A stretch of DNA of 64,000 nucleotides, from the NCBI RefSeq assembly GCF_032444005.1, contig NC_091286.1:170004001-170068000 (forward strand), read 5' to 3'. This DNA comes from Ranitomeya imitator. Lineage: Eukaryota. Shown one piece after another: positions 34,150-47,785 of this stretch (positions within the stretch are counted from its first letter, which is position 1; each line of letters starts with the position of its first letter). Under the pieces are notes generated by a model. It did no database searches, was not told the DNA's origin, and saw only the letters and a list, made by a program, of their open reading frames with translations. The position numbers and the translations under genes were made by a program.

Positions 34150-37100
34150 AAAAGGTGTAAGGTCTGCGGTTTTACAGTATGCTCGTGATCAAAGAGCCTC
34201 ATTGATATGTCACATTTAGTACGTGAGAGGGTTGATGTCTTGTCTAGGCGCTGGATACAGAAAGTGTATCACTTTACTTTCTCTACGTAGTCAAGGGGAG
34301 TGTCAGTACCGATTCCTGCGGGGATGCGATTTGAGGAGATGAAGGTGTATGTTGATGCGGATGGTCAATATGTGGTGGTGAAATGTAACTTGCTTGGGGT
34401 GACGTCGTGTGTAGTGGCTATGTATATTCCACCTCCCTATTCCAGTAAGAAAATTAGAGAAGTGTTGGAGCTGGTAGGGCGAGGGGACCCGATACCACTT
34501 CTAATCATTGGAGACCTCAATAATATATATGATGACTTCTGGGATAGGAACAAAAACTTACAGAATAGGTGTGAAGGTCATACTACAACGTTTGGTACAT
34601 ATGTTCAGGAAATTGGCATGATTGATCTGTGGAGGCTGCGACACATTGAGGAGAGGGGGTATTCTTGCTACTCACCGGACCATGATACCTTAGGCTAGGT
34701 TCACACTGCGTTAAAGCAGACCGTTCAACACATGCGTTAAACGGGCTGCGTCAACCCAAGTGCCGAATTTCGCTCGCGCTAGCGCAGATAGAGCTAGCAG
34801 ATGCTCTATCTGCACTAGCAGTGACGGACCCGGAAATGCTGCAGCCCGCGTCCCAGGGTCCGTCACTCAATGATGGCACATAGCTAGCGCGCGCCCATTA
34901 TGGGAGTGCACTAGCGATGTGCCTGAAATAGGGGAGAATGGCAGCACTACCGGACTGCGTTACACCGCGTTATGCCGCGGTGTAACTCAGTCCGTCTAAC
35001 AGACTGCCAGAACAAAATGTGAACCCAGCCTTATCTAGAATAGATATGGCTCTTGGAAATTAAATGTTAGATACAATGGCGGGAGAAGTGAGATACCTGT
35101 CACGGGCATTTTATGATCATAATCCGATTGAGGTGGAGCTGCGGCCGATGGGGGGCGCGGGTCGGGTGCAGGGGAGAGTGGAAAATTCACCCTAACTGGT
35201 TGCGCAGTATTGATATAGACAACATACAGTGAGAGATAGAGGAGTTTGAGTTTAATGATGGGAGTAACTGATAACTGTGGCCAGAGAGTTATTGCATCCT
35301 TAGACGCCCATAAGGCTTTCGACAGTGTAGAATGGGGGTATTTGTGGCAGGTGTTACACTGTTTGGGTTTTGGTCCACAATTTGTGTCCTGGGTCAAACT
35401 GCTGTATGCGCAACCAGTGGCTAGAGTTAGGGTGAATGGAGAGTTTACGATTAAGTTACATAAAGGGACGAGACAGGGGTGTCCACTCTCCCCTCTCCTG
35501 TTTGCTTTGGCTGTTGAGCCGTTGGCCGCCAAGATTAGCCAGTCTGCTGAAGTATCTGGGTTTAAGTATGGGTCAATTGAAGAAAAGATAGCGTTGTACT
35601 TGGACGACATACTGCTATTCCTGAGCGATCCACATATTTCATTGGGAAATGCTATTCGGCTTATTGAAAAATTTGGAGCATTGTCGGGGTTGCGGATAAA
35701 TTGGAATAAATCAACTCTGTTTAAGGTAGATGACAAAAGGGGATGAGATGGGAGATGTTGCGGATGGAGGCAGATTTAAAGTGGCTGATCAATTCAAATA
35801 TTTGGGGATATGGATCTCTCTGCTGATTACAGATTACTTGCATAAGAATTTGACTCCCGTGTTTGGGGTTCTTAAGGCAAAAGTAGGGGCACAGTCTAAA
35901 TTGCACTTGTCAGTCAACCTTATTAAAATGATTCTCATGCCTAAGATAATATATGTTCTCAATAACTCACCTATTTGGATACCACGTGGGAAATTTAAGC
36001 TGATTAACTCCTTATTTAGGAATTTGGTGTGGGGGAAGCATCATCCCCATATTAGGTTGGAGACGCTTCAGAGACCTAAGTATGAAGGAGATTTGGCTTT
36101 GCCTAAGTCTAAAATATACTTCCTGGTGGCTCAGTGCCAGCACTTAAAGGGCTAGGAGCGTGAGGCGTCTTCCAGCGTGGTACAACTGCTGATAGAGAGG
36201 GTGACGACATGATGTCCTGCGGTACAGTGCTTGGAAGATGGGTCTCTGGGGGCACTTGGGAAAATCTATCCTACGCTATTCCTGATATATAAATTATGGG
36301 GAAGAGTTAGAAAAATTTGTGGAGTCACCTGTCTTACCAGGTTCTCCCCGCTGTGGTTTAATAACCATTTACCGGAGTTTATGGCAATGGGATGTTTACC
36401 AGAATGGCAGGCCAGGGGGATACGATATGTCTATCAGGTTCTAGAGTGGCGAGAGCTGAAATCCTTTTCCCAGCTACAATCGGAATTTGGTATTAGGGCT
36501 TCTGGGGGATATCAATATGCACAGGTGAGACATGCATTTAATGCCCAGAACAGGGGAGACGGTTTTAAAATTCAAGGTGATTTAGTGTCGGAGTATGTGT
36601 GTGGAGAGGGGGCAACGAGAGGGATTATTTCCACCTTGTACAGAGACCTACTACATACTCATTTATTGGGTTTCCCGATTGGCGCTAGAACTAAATGGGA
36701 GAGAGAATTGGGCCATTTAGAGGATGAAACATGGATGTCTGTGTTAGAATGGATACTGAATGTCACTGAATGAACCATACAGACTGTCTCAGCTTTATAT
36801 TCTACATAGAGTGTATATATCTCCAGATGTTTTGTATAAGGCCGGATTGCGGTCTGACTCGGAGTGCCCTAGGTGTAGGAATGACAATAATGGACTGCTA
36901 CACATGCTCTGGATGTGTCAGAGGTTGGCTGCTTTCTGGTTGGTGATTATCAATCGAATAGAGGAGGCTTATACAGTAGATGTGTGGTCCCAAGGGAACA
37001 GGTGATGTGTTTGTTGGGATATGTAGAGGAGATAAGAGTAGATAACAATTTGAAGATAGCAATTGCTTGACTATTGTACATGGCTCGGAAGGTCATAGCA

Positions 37101-37535
37101 AGAAACTGGATAAAAGAGGATCCACCTTCGAGAGGAGAATACCTTCAATATGTGAAACATGTTATTACTCTAGAAAAGGGAGTTTACCAGAAAAAAGGGA
37201 AAGTGGAGTTTTATGATAAAATGTGGACGCCTTGGCTGGAATTGAGGTAGGGGAGGGATGAGGGAAGAACGTTCTGTGAAGTTTTTTCCTGTTGGAATGT
37301 TTGTTTATATGGGGATAATAGGAGTCATCACATAATACTAAAGTATATGCCGGTATACGATATGCTAAGGGAAGAGCATGAGCTGTTTAAATGGGGAGAA
37401 AGGGGGGGGGGGGGGGGGGGGGAGTTGGAAATGTTGGGATATATTGCGGGGGGAAATCTTTCCAAAATCCCTGTATTGTTGTAAAATGTTTATTGTGATT
37501 TTATACTTAATAAAAATCTATTTGAGTTAAAAAAA
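34150..37535 (+). mobile_element. L1-clade LINE ORF2 remnant (5'-truncated, internally deleted), antisense to SCCPDH
   Basis: APE endonuclease (RGVSV, YIPP, IIGDLN, IDLWR, SRID), RT (SLDAHKAFDSVEW, GTRQGCPLSPLLF, YLDD), CCHC knuckle (CPRC...HMLWMC), poly-G in the 3' UTR, AATAAA at 37509 and an A tail. Confidence 0.92.
34693..35030. mobile_element. MITE with TTA target duplication (PIF/Harbinger-like) inserted in the L1
   Basis: tta|ggctaggttcacact...aatgtgaacccagcc|tta; excision restores the codons D-T-L-S-R-I-D. Confidence 0.9.
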
Positions 37536-38154
37536 GCTTTTGATGATATTCTAATTTAGTGAGAAACACTAACCTCACATTGATGGTTTTAAATGTATTG
37601 AAATGGTGAAAATCCTTTTTATTTGGTTATTAAGACCTCCTACATTCCAAGAGAGACTATCCCCGACCTCCTACATTCCAAGAGAGGCTATCCCCTGCCA
37701 TGGTTAAATGAAGGAAATAGGAGCAGGATTTCTCAGCCCTGGTGTGCTGCCCTGCATTTGTGTGCCAGTTATAAACAGAATGGATCGCTAATCAAACCAA
37801 CATAAATTCCCTACTGCATCCTGAACAAGGGCCTCATATCAATTACCTTTAATATCATGCTAGAAATGAGACATTTATTAGAGATAATTCATCATTCTAA
37901 GGCAAACAATTATAATCAATAAAATGTTATTTTATTAAATTTGAAAAAAAAAACAAAAAACAGCACGGCACTCAGACCATGCAAGTGCCGTCCAATTTTT
38001 ACATACGCTTGTCCGTGAAAACCTGAAATTTCATCTGCCGCATACAGTAAAATCACAGTGACCGGACAGAAGAGGATAGAATAGAAATACACACATAGAA
38101 CAGATATAAAGAGGTCAGTGACATAATTAATACAGTGCATGTGTAGCTTACTGT

Positions 38155-38670
38155 ACAGGTATTTTATAAAACCTTCAAAAAACAAAATGAGCAAAAACCC
38201 TGCGGTAACTAAATGAGAAAAAAGCAAACGTGCATTCGAATAACTCAGGGTTCTTAGTAATTCTATTATTGATCAAAAATAGCATAAAAGCCATCTCACT
38301 GTCGACAAGGTGACCCTAATCGGGACATTCCTATGCTGTCTGATATTAAAAACCTTACCATGTGTCAGAGTTGACCTCAGTGTGTGAATAAGGGCAGACA
38401 AAAGGACCAGGTCCCGATCTATGGACACCAGTCTGAGGAATTTTCAGCTCAGGAGAAGGAGGCCACACCCCGACATGCACAGAATGCAAACATGCAAAGA
38501 AAAAACACAACGACTAAGCTTAGTTTAAGTTGGTATACATGCAGCACAGTCCCAATCAGGGTCACCTTGTTGACAGTGGGATGGCTTTTATGCTATTTTT
38601 GATACATTTAGTTACAGCAGGGTTTTTGCTCATTTTGTTTTTTGTAGGTTTTATATGCTTTATGGCCAAT
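38155..38670. repeat. Imperfect fold-back element
   Basis: Arms such as aaaatagcataaaagccatctcactgtcgacaaggtgaccct / agggtcaccttgttgacagtgggatggcttttatgctatttt. Confidence 0.6.
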
Positions 38671-39574
38671 GTGAACATGCGTTTATGTGCTGCATGTATA
38701 CCAACTTAAATCAAGCTCAATCTTTGCGCATTTTCTTTGCACCAATTTTATACCATTGGGCAGGGAAGAAAACAAATCTACATTTTTACCATCAAAATTT
38801 AGTTTTAGCCCAAGATTTTACATTTTCCAAAGTGAAAATGGGTAAAAATGGCACCAAGATTTGTCCCACAATTTCTGCTGAATGCAGAAATACCCCATAT
38901 ATAGCTGCACAGTACTGCTTAGCAATATGGTGAGAGACTGGCTTGACGGAGAGCCATTTGCCTCCCGGAGCGCAGATTTTGCTAGAATAGTTTGCGGACT
39001 CCATATACAGAGCCTCTAAGTGCTAGAAGAGCAGAATCTGCCATCAAGTGGCCGCATTTTGGTAATTTTTATCCCTTTGGGAATTTATCTACAGGTATAG
39101 TGACGGTTTTTATTCTATGGGTGTGTTCCAAAAACAAGCAGAAGTGGATGTTGCTGAGTGAAAATTGCCGTTGTCGCAAGTAAATTATAATGGCCAGTAT
39201 GCGGTAGTGCCCAGCTTGTGATTCTGGAGACACGCACCTGTAAATTAGGCGGGCTCTCATCGCTACAGAAATGCCAAACATGTGGTCGCTAAATGTGGTT
39301 TAGGCACACTGGGGCTCAGATGGGAGGGGGGCATTAGGAAGCGCAGAATTCACTGGTTTTCTTTTGGAAGGGTGAGGAGCCATAGCATTTCTCAACAGCC
39401 TTTTTGCTACCAGTAACGTGGAAGCCCCTATATTTTCATTGACATATGACAGGCCTGAGTGGGGACCTTCTTTTTTTGTGGACTGATTTGAAGCTTTTGT
39501 TAGGAGCATGTTACATAATGTTTGGGATCACATTTATTTAGCACTCTTTGCTGAGCACCATCTAAATCTCTAAA

Positions 39575-40250
39575 GGTACTTTCACATTTAGCGACGCTGC
39601 AGCGATCCAGACAACGATCCCGATCGCTGCAGCGTCGCTGTTTGGTCGCTGAAGAGCTGTGACACACACAGCTCTCCAGCGACCAACGATCCCGAAGTCC
39701 CCTGGTAACCAGGGTAAACATCGGGTTACTAAGCGCAGGGCCGCGCTTAGTAACCTGATGTTTACCCTGGTTACCAGCGTAAACGTAAAAAAAAACAAAC
39801 ACTACATACTTACCTTCCGCTGTCTGTCCCCCGGCGTTCTGCTTCTCTGCACTGACAGTGAGCGGCTTTCCGGCTGGCCGGCGCTCACAGTGCAGAGAAG
39901 CACAGCGCCGGAGGACAGACAGCGGAAGATAAGTATGTAATGTAATGGTTTTTTTACGTTTACGCTGGTAACCAGGGTCAACATCGGGTTACTAAGCGCG
40001 GCCCTGTGCTTAGTAACCCGATGTTTACCCTGGTTACCAGTGAAGACATCGCTGAATCGGCGTCACACACGCCGATTCAGCGATGTCTGCAGGAGATCCA
40101 GAGACGAAATAAAGTGCTGGCCTTCTAGCTCCGACCAACGATGGCACAGCAGGATCCAGATCGCTGCTGCGTGTCAAACTCAACGATATCGCTAGCCAGG
40201 ACGCTGCAACGTCACGGATCGCTAGCGATATCGTTGAGTGTGAAAGTACC
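39575..40250. mobile_element. Palindromic MITE (ggtac-ttcacac TIR family)
   Basis: TIRs ggtactttcaca / tgtgaaagtacc; internal inverted gtaaccagggtaaacatcgggttactaagcgc blocks. Sister copy at 51975-52627. Confidence 0.8.
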
Positions 40251-40937
40251 TTTAGTGACGTGATTCAGATGAAACCCCCGAGGGAGCCACACACTATAAT
40301 GAAGCAGCAGGGTTACTCTGGACTCAGTTTGGCCTCTCTTCAGCAGTTTCCGTCAAGTCAGGAGTGCACAAAACTGTGACCAACTGCATATTTATGCAAA
40401 CTTAAATATACGGCCACCAAAAGATGACAGGTCAGACAGGGTCCACAGTGCCTCCATCTGCCTCAATATAGGGAATATTTCTCCGAGGGTGCCGCCTGAT
40501 TCATGTATTTCAGAGATTTACACGGAAACCCCGGTATAAGCACACAGCGCAGAGAGCAGGATATATGTGAGCAGTGCCTTACTGCGATCTTTGGGGGGCA
40601 GAATAACCAAATCAAAGAAGAATTGGTTTTATTTATTTTATAAGCCATTCCTCATGTGGTATAAGTGACTTTATTCTTCGGTTTGGTGCGATATCAGATT
40701 TACATCGGGTTTTTAGGTTTTGCTGTTGTCACGAACTAAAAGATGCTTTTTTTTTTTTTGCAAAAAATAGTTTTTGCATCACCATATTTTAAAAAACGAT
40801 AATTTTTCCATATTTCACCTGACAGAGTCATGTGAGAGCTTGTTTTTTGCAGGACAAGTTGACATTTTTATTGGTACCATTTTTCTGGCACATAACTTTT
40901 TGATCGCTTTCTATTCCGATTTTTGGGAGGCAGAATG

Positions 40938-40987
<50 letters not shown>

Positions 40988-40994
40988 TTATTTA

Positions 40995-41027
<33 letters not shown>

Positions 41028-41240
41028 ATAGTTCCTTTGAAAACTATGAGTAAATGACAGGATTACTCTATGTAAAAGCTAATGTTAAAAATCGCATTGC
41101 ACTCGGATGACATTTATATGTAAATCGGATATCATTCGAGTGCTAGGTGATAAAAATCGCATGACACCTGTCCCACTTTTCTGGACAGATATCGGACAGT
41201 TTTATTTATTTATTTTACGGTGATGGGTATCCGCCCTTAC

Positions 41241-41370
41241 CTTGTATGCTGTTCCTTGTAAATAGGACCCCTAGATCAGCAGGAATGGAGTCAAAGCCAC
41301 AGCTGCCCACAACATATACCCCTCTGTCTGCAGCCTGTCTGTCATACTTCATGTGCATTGATTCAAGAAA
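41241..41370 (-). CDS. SCCPDH: SCCPDH internal coding exon (exon 4 equivalent), FLESMHMKYDRQAADRGVYVVGSCGFDSIPADLGVLFTRNSIQ(G)
   Basis: ttcttcccag|TTTCTTGAA...ATACAAG|gtaagg; 130 nt, phase 0/1. Contains the GFDSIPADLG motif typical of SCCPDH. Confidence 0.97.
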
Positions 41371-41536
41371 CTGGGAAGAAAACCGTACAGTATAATTACT
41401 ACAAAGGAATATCACAATAGGACGAAAATGCCAAAAAGATAGTAAATATCAAGACAATAGGGCCACATGGATACAATGGCAAGCAGTATGTGATCTATAT
41501 ACACATGCACTGCATTCAGTTGTGATTTATACCCAT

Positions 41537-41597
<61 letters not shown>

Positions 41598-41617
41598 CAT
41601 ATACACACACACATACA

Positions 41618-44600
41618 CTAGATGGTGGCCCGATTCTAACGCATCGGGTATTCTAGAGTATGTATGTATGTATGTATGTATGTACTAGCTGAAGAGCCCG
41701 GCGTTGCCTGGGCATAGTAAATATCTGTGGTTAGTTATAGCACCTCACTTCTCTTATTTTCCCATCACGCCTCTCATTTCCCCAATCACATCTTTCATTT
41801 TCCCCCTCACATCTCTCATTTTCTCCCTCACTCCTCTCATTCCCCCCTAACACTTGTCATTTCAACCTCACATCTGTCATTTTCTGATCACTCCACTATT
41901 TTTCCTCACTCCTCTCATTTTGCACTCACACCTTTTCATTTTCACCTCATCACCTCAATATATACGTTTGTCATCTCCCTTATATATAGTATACATCTGT
42001 ATGTCATCTCCTGTATATAGTATATACCTGTATGTCATCTCCCCTGTATATAGTATATACCTGCTGTGTGTCATCTCCCCTATATATAGTATATACCTGA
42101 ATGCCATCTCCTTCTATATATAGTATATACCTGTATGTCATCTCCTCCTGTATATAGTATATACCTGTGTGTCATCTCCCCTGTATATAGTATATATCTG
42201 TGTGTCATCTCCTCCTGTATATAGTATATACCTGCATGTCATCTTCTATATATAGCATATACCTGTATGTCATCTCCTCCTGTATATAGTATATACCTGT
42301 AGGTCATCTGCTCCTGTATATAGTATATACCTGTATGTCATCTCCTCCTGTATATATATATGTACCTGTATGTCATCTCCTTCTCTATATAGTATATACC
42401 TGTGTGTCATCTCTCCTGTATATAGTATATATCTGTGTGTCATCTCCTCCTGTATTAGACCTCGTTCACACGTTATTTGCTCAGTATTGTTACCTCAGTA
42501 TTTGTAAGCTAAATTGGCAGCCTGATAAATCCCCAGCCAACAGGAAGCCCTCCCCCTGGCAGTATATATTATCTCACACATACACATAATAGACAGGTCA
42601 TGTGACTAACAGCTGCCGTATTTCCTATATGGTACAATTGTTGTAGTTTGCTTATTAATCAGATTTTTATTTTTGAAGGATAATACCAGACTTGTGTGTG
42701 TTTTAGGGCGAGTTTCGTTTGTCAAGTTGTGTGTGTTGAGTTGCGTGTGGCGACATGCATGTAGCGACTTTTGTGAGATGAGTTTTGTGTGGCAACATGC
42801 GTGTAGCAACTTTTTGTGTGTCGAGTTGCATGTGACAGGTTAGTGTAGCAAGTTGTGTGCAAGTTTTGCGCATGGCGAGTTTTGCGCGTGGCGAGTTTTA
42901 TGTCTGGTGCCTTTTGAGTATGTGCAAGTTTTGTGTGAGGCAACTTTTGCATGTGTTGCAACTTTTGTGCATGTGGCAATTTTTCCGCGTGTGCAAGTTT
43001 TGCGTGTGGCGAGTTTTCCATGAGGTGAGTTTTGCACTTGTGGCGAGTTTTGCAAGAGCCTAGTTTTTGCATGTGGCGAGTTCTGCGCGTGGCGAGTTTT
43101 GAGTGGCGACTTTTGTGTTTCGACTTTTATGTGGCGAGGTTGGTGTATTTGTGGTGAAATGTGTGCTGAGGGTAATATGTGTTCAAGCACGTGGTAGTGT
43201 GTAGCGCATTTTGTGTGTGTGCTCATATCCCCGTGTGTGGTGAGTATCCCATGTCGGGGCCCCACCTTAGCAACTGTACGGTATATACTCTTTGGCGCCA
43301 TCGCTCTCATTCTTTAAGTCCCCCTTGTTCACATCTGGCAGCTGTCAATTTGCCTCCTACACTTTTCCTTTCATTTTTTCCCCATTATGTAGATAGGGGC
43401 AAAATTGTTTGGTGAATTGGAAAGCGCGGGGTTAAAATTTCACCTCACAACATAGCCTATGACGCTCTCAGGGTCCAGACGTGTGACTGTGCAAAATTTT
43501 GTGGCTGTAGCTGCGACGGTGCAGATGCCAATCCCGGACATACATACATACACACACACATTCAGCTTTATATATTAGATATAGCAGCCACATAGTATAT
43601 AGCACAGGCCACGTAGTATATAGGAGCCATGTAGTATATAGCAGACAAATACTACGTGGCCTGTGCTATATACTATGTGGCTGCTACATACATACATACA
43701 TACATATTGTAGAATACCGATGCGTTAATACAGGCCATGCAGTATATTATAACTATTATTATTTATTTATATAGCACCATTAATTCCATGGTGCTGTACA
43801 TGAAAGGGGTTACATACAGGGTTATAGATATCGTTTACAGTAAACAGGTTTACAGTGACGGACTGGTACAGAGGGGAGAGGACTCTGTCCTTGCGGACTT
43901 ACATTCTGTGGGATAGTGGGGAAGAGAAAGAAGGCAGGGGTGAGGCGGCGGCTCTGGCAGTGGTGAGGTGGCGGCTCGGTTATTGTTGGCTGTAGGCTTT
44001 CCTGAAGAGAGGGTTTTCAGTATCTAACACAGCCCAAATAGTATATAACACAGCCCAAATAGTATATAACACAGCCCTCGCAGTATATAGCAGCCACGCA
44101 GTATATAACACAGGCGACGTAGTATATAACACAGGCCATGCAGTATATAACAGTGGCCACGTAATATATAGCACAGGCTACGCAGTACATAACACAGCCC
44201 ACACAGTATCTAACACTGGCCACATAGTATATAGCAGCCACGCGGTATATAACGCAGCCCACGCGGTATATAACACTGCCCACATAGTATATAACACTGC
44301 CCACATAGTATATAACGCAACCCACACGGTATATAACACTGCCCACGTAGTATATAACACTGGCCAGGTAGTATATAGCAGTGTGGGCACATATCCGTGT
44401 TAAAAAAAGATAATTAAAATAAAAAATTGTTATATACTCACCTGCCGGGATCCAGCGAAGCTGTCCCTATGCGCGCGGCTGCCGCCATCTTCTGTTCCCA
44501 GGATGCATTGCGAAATTACTCAGATGACTTAGCGGTCTCGCGAGACTGCTAAGTCTTCTGGGTAATTTCGCAAAGCATCTCTGGGAACGGAAGCTGGCGG

Positions 44601-44965
44601 CAGGCGCAAGCACATCGTCGGACTACGGAAGGTGAGCATAGCAGGTATTTTGTTTTTTTTTAAATTATTTTTAACATTAGATCTTTTTACTATTGATGCT
44701 GCATAGGCACAGTAAAAACTTGGTCACACAGGGTTAATAGCAGCGCTTACGGAGTTTGGTACCCACGGCCCGTTACCGCTGGCATTAACCCTGTGTGAGC
44801 GGTGAGTGGAGGGGAGTATGTGGGCGCCGGGCACTGACTGCAGGGGAGTAGGGAGGGACTAATTGGACTGTGACCGTCGCTGATTGGTCGCGGCAACCAT
44901 GACAGGCAGCTGGCGATACCAATCAGAGACGCGGGATTGCCATGACGGAAGTTGCCGACAGACAG
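41618..44965 (-). mobile_element. Outer non-autonomous Helitron-like element with ~22-bp minisatellites; 5' end lost in the gap
   Basis: Minus-strand 3' hairpin cccgatgcgttagaatcggg followed by CTAG|T at 41618-41621; tandem acacagcccacatagtatata units at about 44020-44390. Confidence 0.6.
41685..43579 (-). mobile_element. Non-autonomous Helitron nested in the outer Helitron
   Basis: Minus strand A|TCTAATATATAAAG start; 3' hairpin cccaggcaacgccggg then CTAG|T; A/T insertion site, no TSD; internal minisatellites. Confidence 0.82.
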
Positions 44966-45113
44966 NNNNNNNNNNNNNNNNNNNNNNNNNNNNNNNNNNN
45001 NNNNNNNNNNNNNNNNNNNNNNNNNNNNNNNNNNNNNNNNNNNNNNNNNNNNNNNNNNNNNNNNNNNNNNNNNNNNNNNNNNNNNNNNNNNNNNNNNNNN
45101 NNNNNNNNNNNNN
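44966..45113. other. Assembly gap (N run)
   Basis: Run of N. Confidence 1.
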
Positions 45114-45633
45114 AATGCTGACAGATGGTATTACATAAAGGGAACCTGACAGGTCCCCATACCCTCCAATCCACCAGCATTAGACTACTTACCCTGCTTA
45201 ACCTGCCCTTTACAGTGTTTTAACACCTAGATTCATGCTTAAATTTTTTTTTTTTTTAAAGTCTTTCTAAACTGCCTTCCTCACTTCTGGACATGCGCAG
45301 TATGCCTCTGAACCCAGAAAGGTTACACCAAGCTTCAAAGGAGCAAAGATGTGTGTGAAAAAAGCCACGTGCATGAGCGTGCTCTACAGGAAGCTGGCAA
45401 TGATGCCACAATGGCAGTGTCCACAGCGGCGTGATGACATGCTGTGCGGGGCGACTAGTCTGGGGAAACTAAAGCCACATCTACTAGTCAAAGGCCTAAT
45501 TAGCATAGAAAAGGCACAGTTTATAAAGCCTTTTCTAAACATGGGTCTAGGTGTTAAACGCTATAGAGGGCTGTTCAGGCAGCAAATGCTAGAGGATTGG
45601 GATGGCATGGGGGACATGCCAAGTTCGCTTTAA

Positions 45634-46049
45634 AGAGAACCTGTCACTCAATCTATGCTGGCCAAATTGTGTGCTGCATGAGTCGGAACCTGACTGCACA
45701 ATTTCATCCTGGTACATCTTAATCTGAAACGCTTTTGGGTTTCAGAGAAAACACAGTTTGACCATCTGATTGAAGCGTAAGTCAAGACATAAGGTGTCCA
45801 CTATGGTCCTCGACCGGTGATTGACAGGTCTCCCCCATGTTTGTACATAGTGAGAGCTTTATCATCTGGAGCGACATGGGGAGAATCACACAGTGGGCTC
45901 ATCTGGGCTCTCCTACGGACTCCAGTCGGCTCCTCAAACTAAGCACTGAAGCGTTTCAGAGTAAAGCATATCAGGCTGTGATTGTGAAACCAGGCTCTGA
46001 TTTATGCTGCCAGTGGTTTGGCCAACATAAATAGACTGACAGGTTCCCT
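45634..46049. mobile_element. T2/Kolobok-type MITE
   Basis: ttaa|agagaacctgtca...tgacaggttccct|ttaa. Confidence 0.8.
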
Positions 46050-46291
46050 TTAAGGCTCATTTAGACAAGGTGATATCAGGAACAAGCAAATGTGTAAATA
46101 TGACTAATTACCTAGTTAATGAGCAAAACATTAATATCGTTAATGGCAGCACTATGTCCGATGTACTGCCGATAACAAAATTAACAATTAATAAAATTAA
46201 CAATTGTTCTGTATGCAAAGAATTTAGGTCGGACTGTTTAAATTTACTGAGACAGGACAGGTTGAAATACCAGTTCCAAGCTGGATGCAAG

Positions 46292-46777
46292 TGCAGCGCC
46301 CCAGAGACCTGTTCGTTGCAGTAATGTCGCTCTGCCACTAAGGGGAGTGATGGTACGTCTGATGGCACTAAAGGAGTTCACATGACCAGGTATCACCAGC
46401 ACACATTACACTTCACACTCCTGCCACTAGGGGGAGCAAAAGGTTTTATTTATTAGGCCACTCCTCACACTGGTAAAACTAGGGGTTGGATAGGAAGTTA
46501 GGTCAGAAGCTGACTGGGTTTTGTCCAGGCAACATCCCGTGGCAGGGGGCGTTGCGGGGAAGACTTCAGGGAAGTCCCTGTCAGGTGTGGGAACCTGGCA
46601 GGTACCTAGCGACAAGGCAGAACGTTACGGAACCGCACCTGCACTACCTTGCGGCGGTATCCTAAGAAAGGACACGAAGCGAAGGATATTGTGAGACAGT
46701 GAGAAACGAGATCAAGCACAAAGGAGAACCAGTAGGAGTCGTGCCCCGAGAACAGCAACATCCTACTGAGGCGCATA
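46292..46777 (+). mobile_element. LTR-like fragment between 75-bp direct repeats
   Basis: Begins tgcagcgccccagag (TG start), no matching CA end; flanked by repeats 46215-46289 and 46778-46852. Confidence 0.5.
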
Positions 46778-46899
46778 GCAAAGAATTTAGGTCGGACTGT
46801 CTAAATTTACTGAGACAGGACAGGTTGAAATACCAGTTCGGAGCTGGATGCAGACAGACCACAACGTTATGAAAGGGAGGTTGTAAAATACTGATGATT

Positions 46900-47185
46900 C
46901 GTTACTTAAATTTAAGAGGGGACTGGATACCTTTCTGGAAAAGTATAATGTTACAGGGTATATACACTAGATTCCTTGATAGGGCGTTGATCCAGGGAAC
47001 TAGTCTGATTGCCGTATGTGGAGTCGGGAAGGATTTTTTTTCCCCAAGGTGGAGCTTACTCTTTGCCACATGAATTTTGTTTGCCTTCCTCTGGATCAAC
47101 ATGTTAGGGCATGTTAGGTTAGGCTATGGGATGAACTAGATGGACTTAAAGTCTTCCTTCAACCTTAATAACTATGGAACTATGA
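46900..47185 (+). mobile_element. CR1-type LINE extreme 3' end
   Basis: tttaagaggggactggatacc...tgaactagatggact...ccttcaacct followed by an aactatg repeat tail. Confidence 0.75.
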
Positions 47186-47785
47186 TTAAGATCCACTCAT
47201 ACACCTATGATCCATAGATAGGGTGTATGCCTAGTATTCTACATGAATCAAAGTAGAAATTCTGGAGAGCAAAAAGAAAAAGCATAAAGGGTCTCAACTG
47301 GTTAAAAACATAGTGTGCTCCGGGAGAGGTACACTCACCTCATTTTGTTGCAACTAAGCAACATGTAAAAAGTATGGATCAGCTGCTGCAGGACATGGGA
47401 TCAGAGACCAATGATAATGGTGGAACCGGGTGTATGTGTCCAAATCTTCACTTCTGTTAAAGATGGATGGCAGACAATATTTTTCAAACCCCTATCTTGT
47501 CCTGCATGACCTCGAAACACATTGACTATTAACCAGTTTTGAATAAAGCTTTGAAGAATATCGTCTACCATCCATCTTTATCAGCAGGGCAGATTTGGAC
47601 AAACACACCCGGTTTCACTAGTATTCTACAGGCTTTGCGTGGTGTTGTGCACCATGTTGGCTTATAGTCTATCAATAAGGGCACTCTCACAACAGCCTAT
47701 AAATCAGACTAGTGATATTCAATTTATTTATTTTTTTATCAGATATCACTCAGACATCTTATCAAAATAGCATTGCTAATGCACG

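Noticed and set aside
42722-44392. His/Lys/Thr-rich and Tyr/Val-rich ORFs
   Set aside because: Helitron-internal minisatellites.
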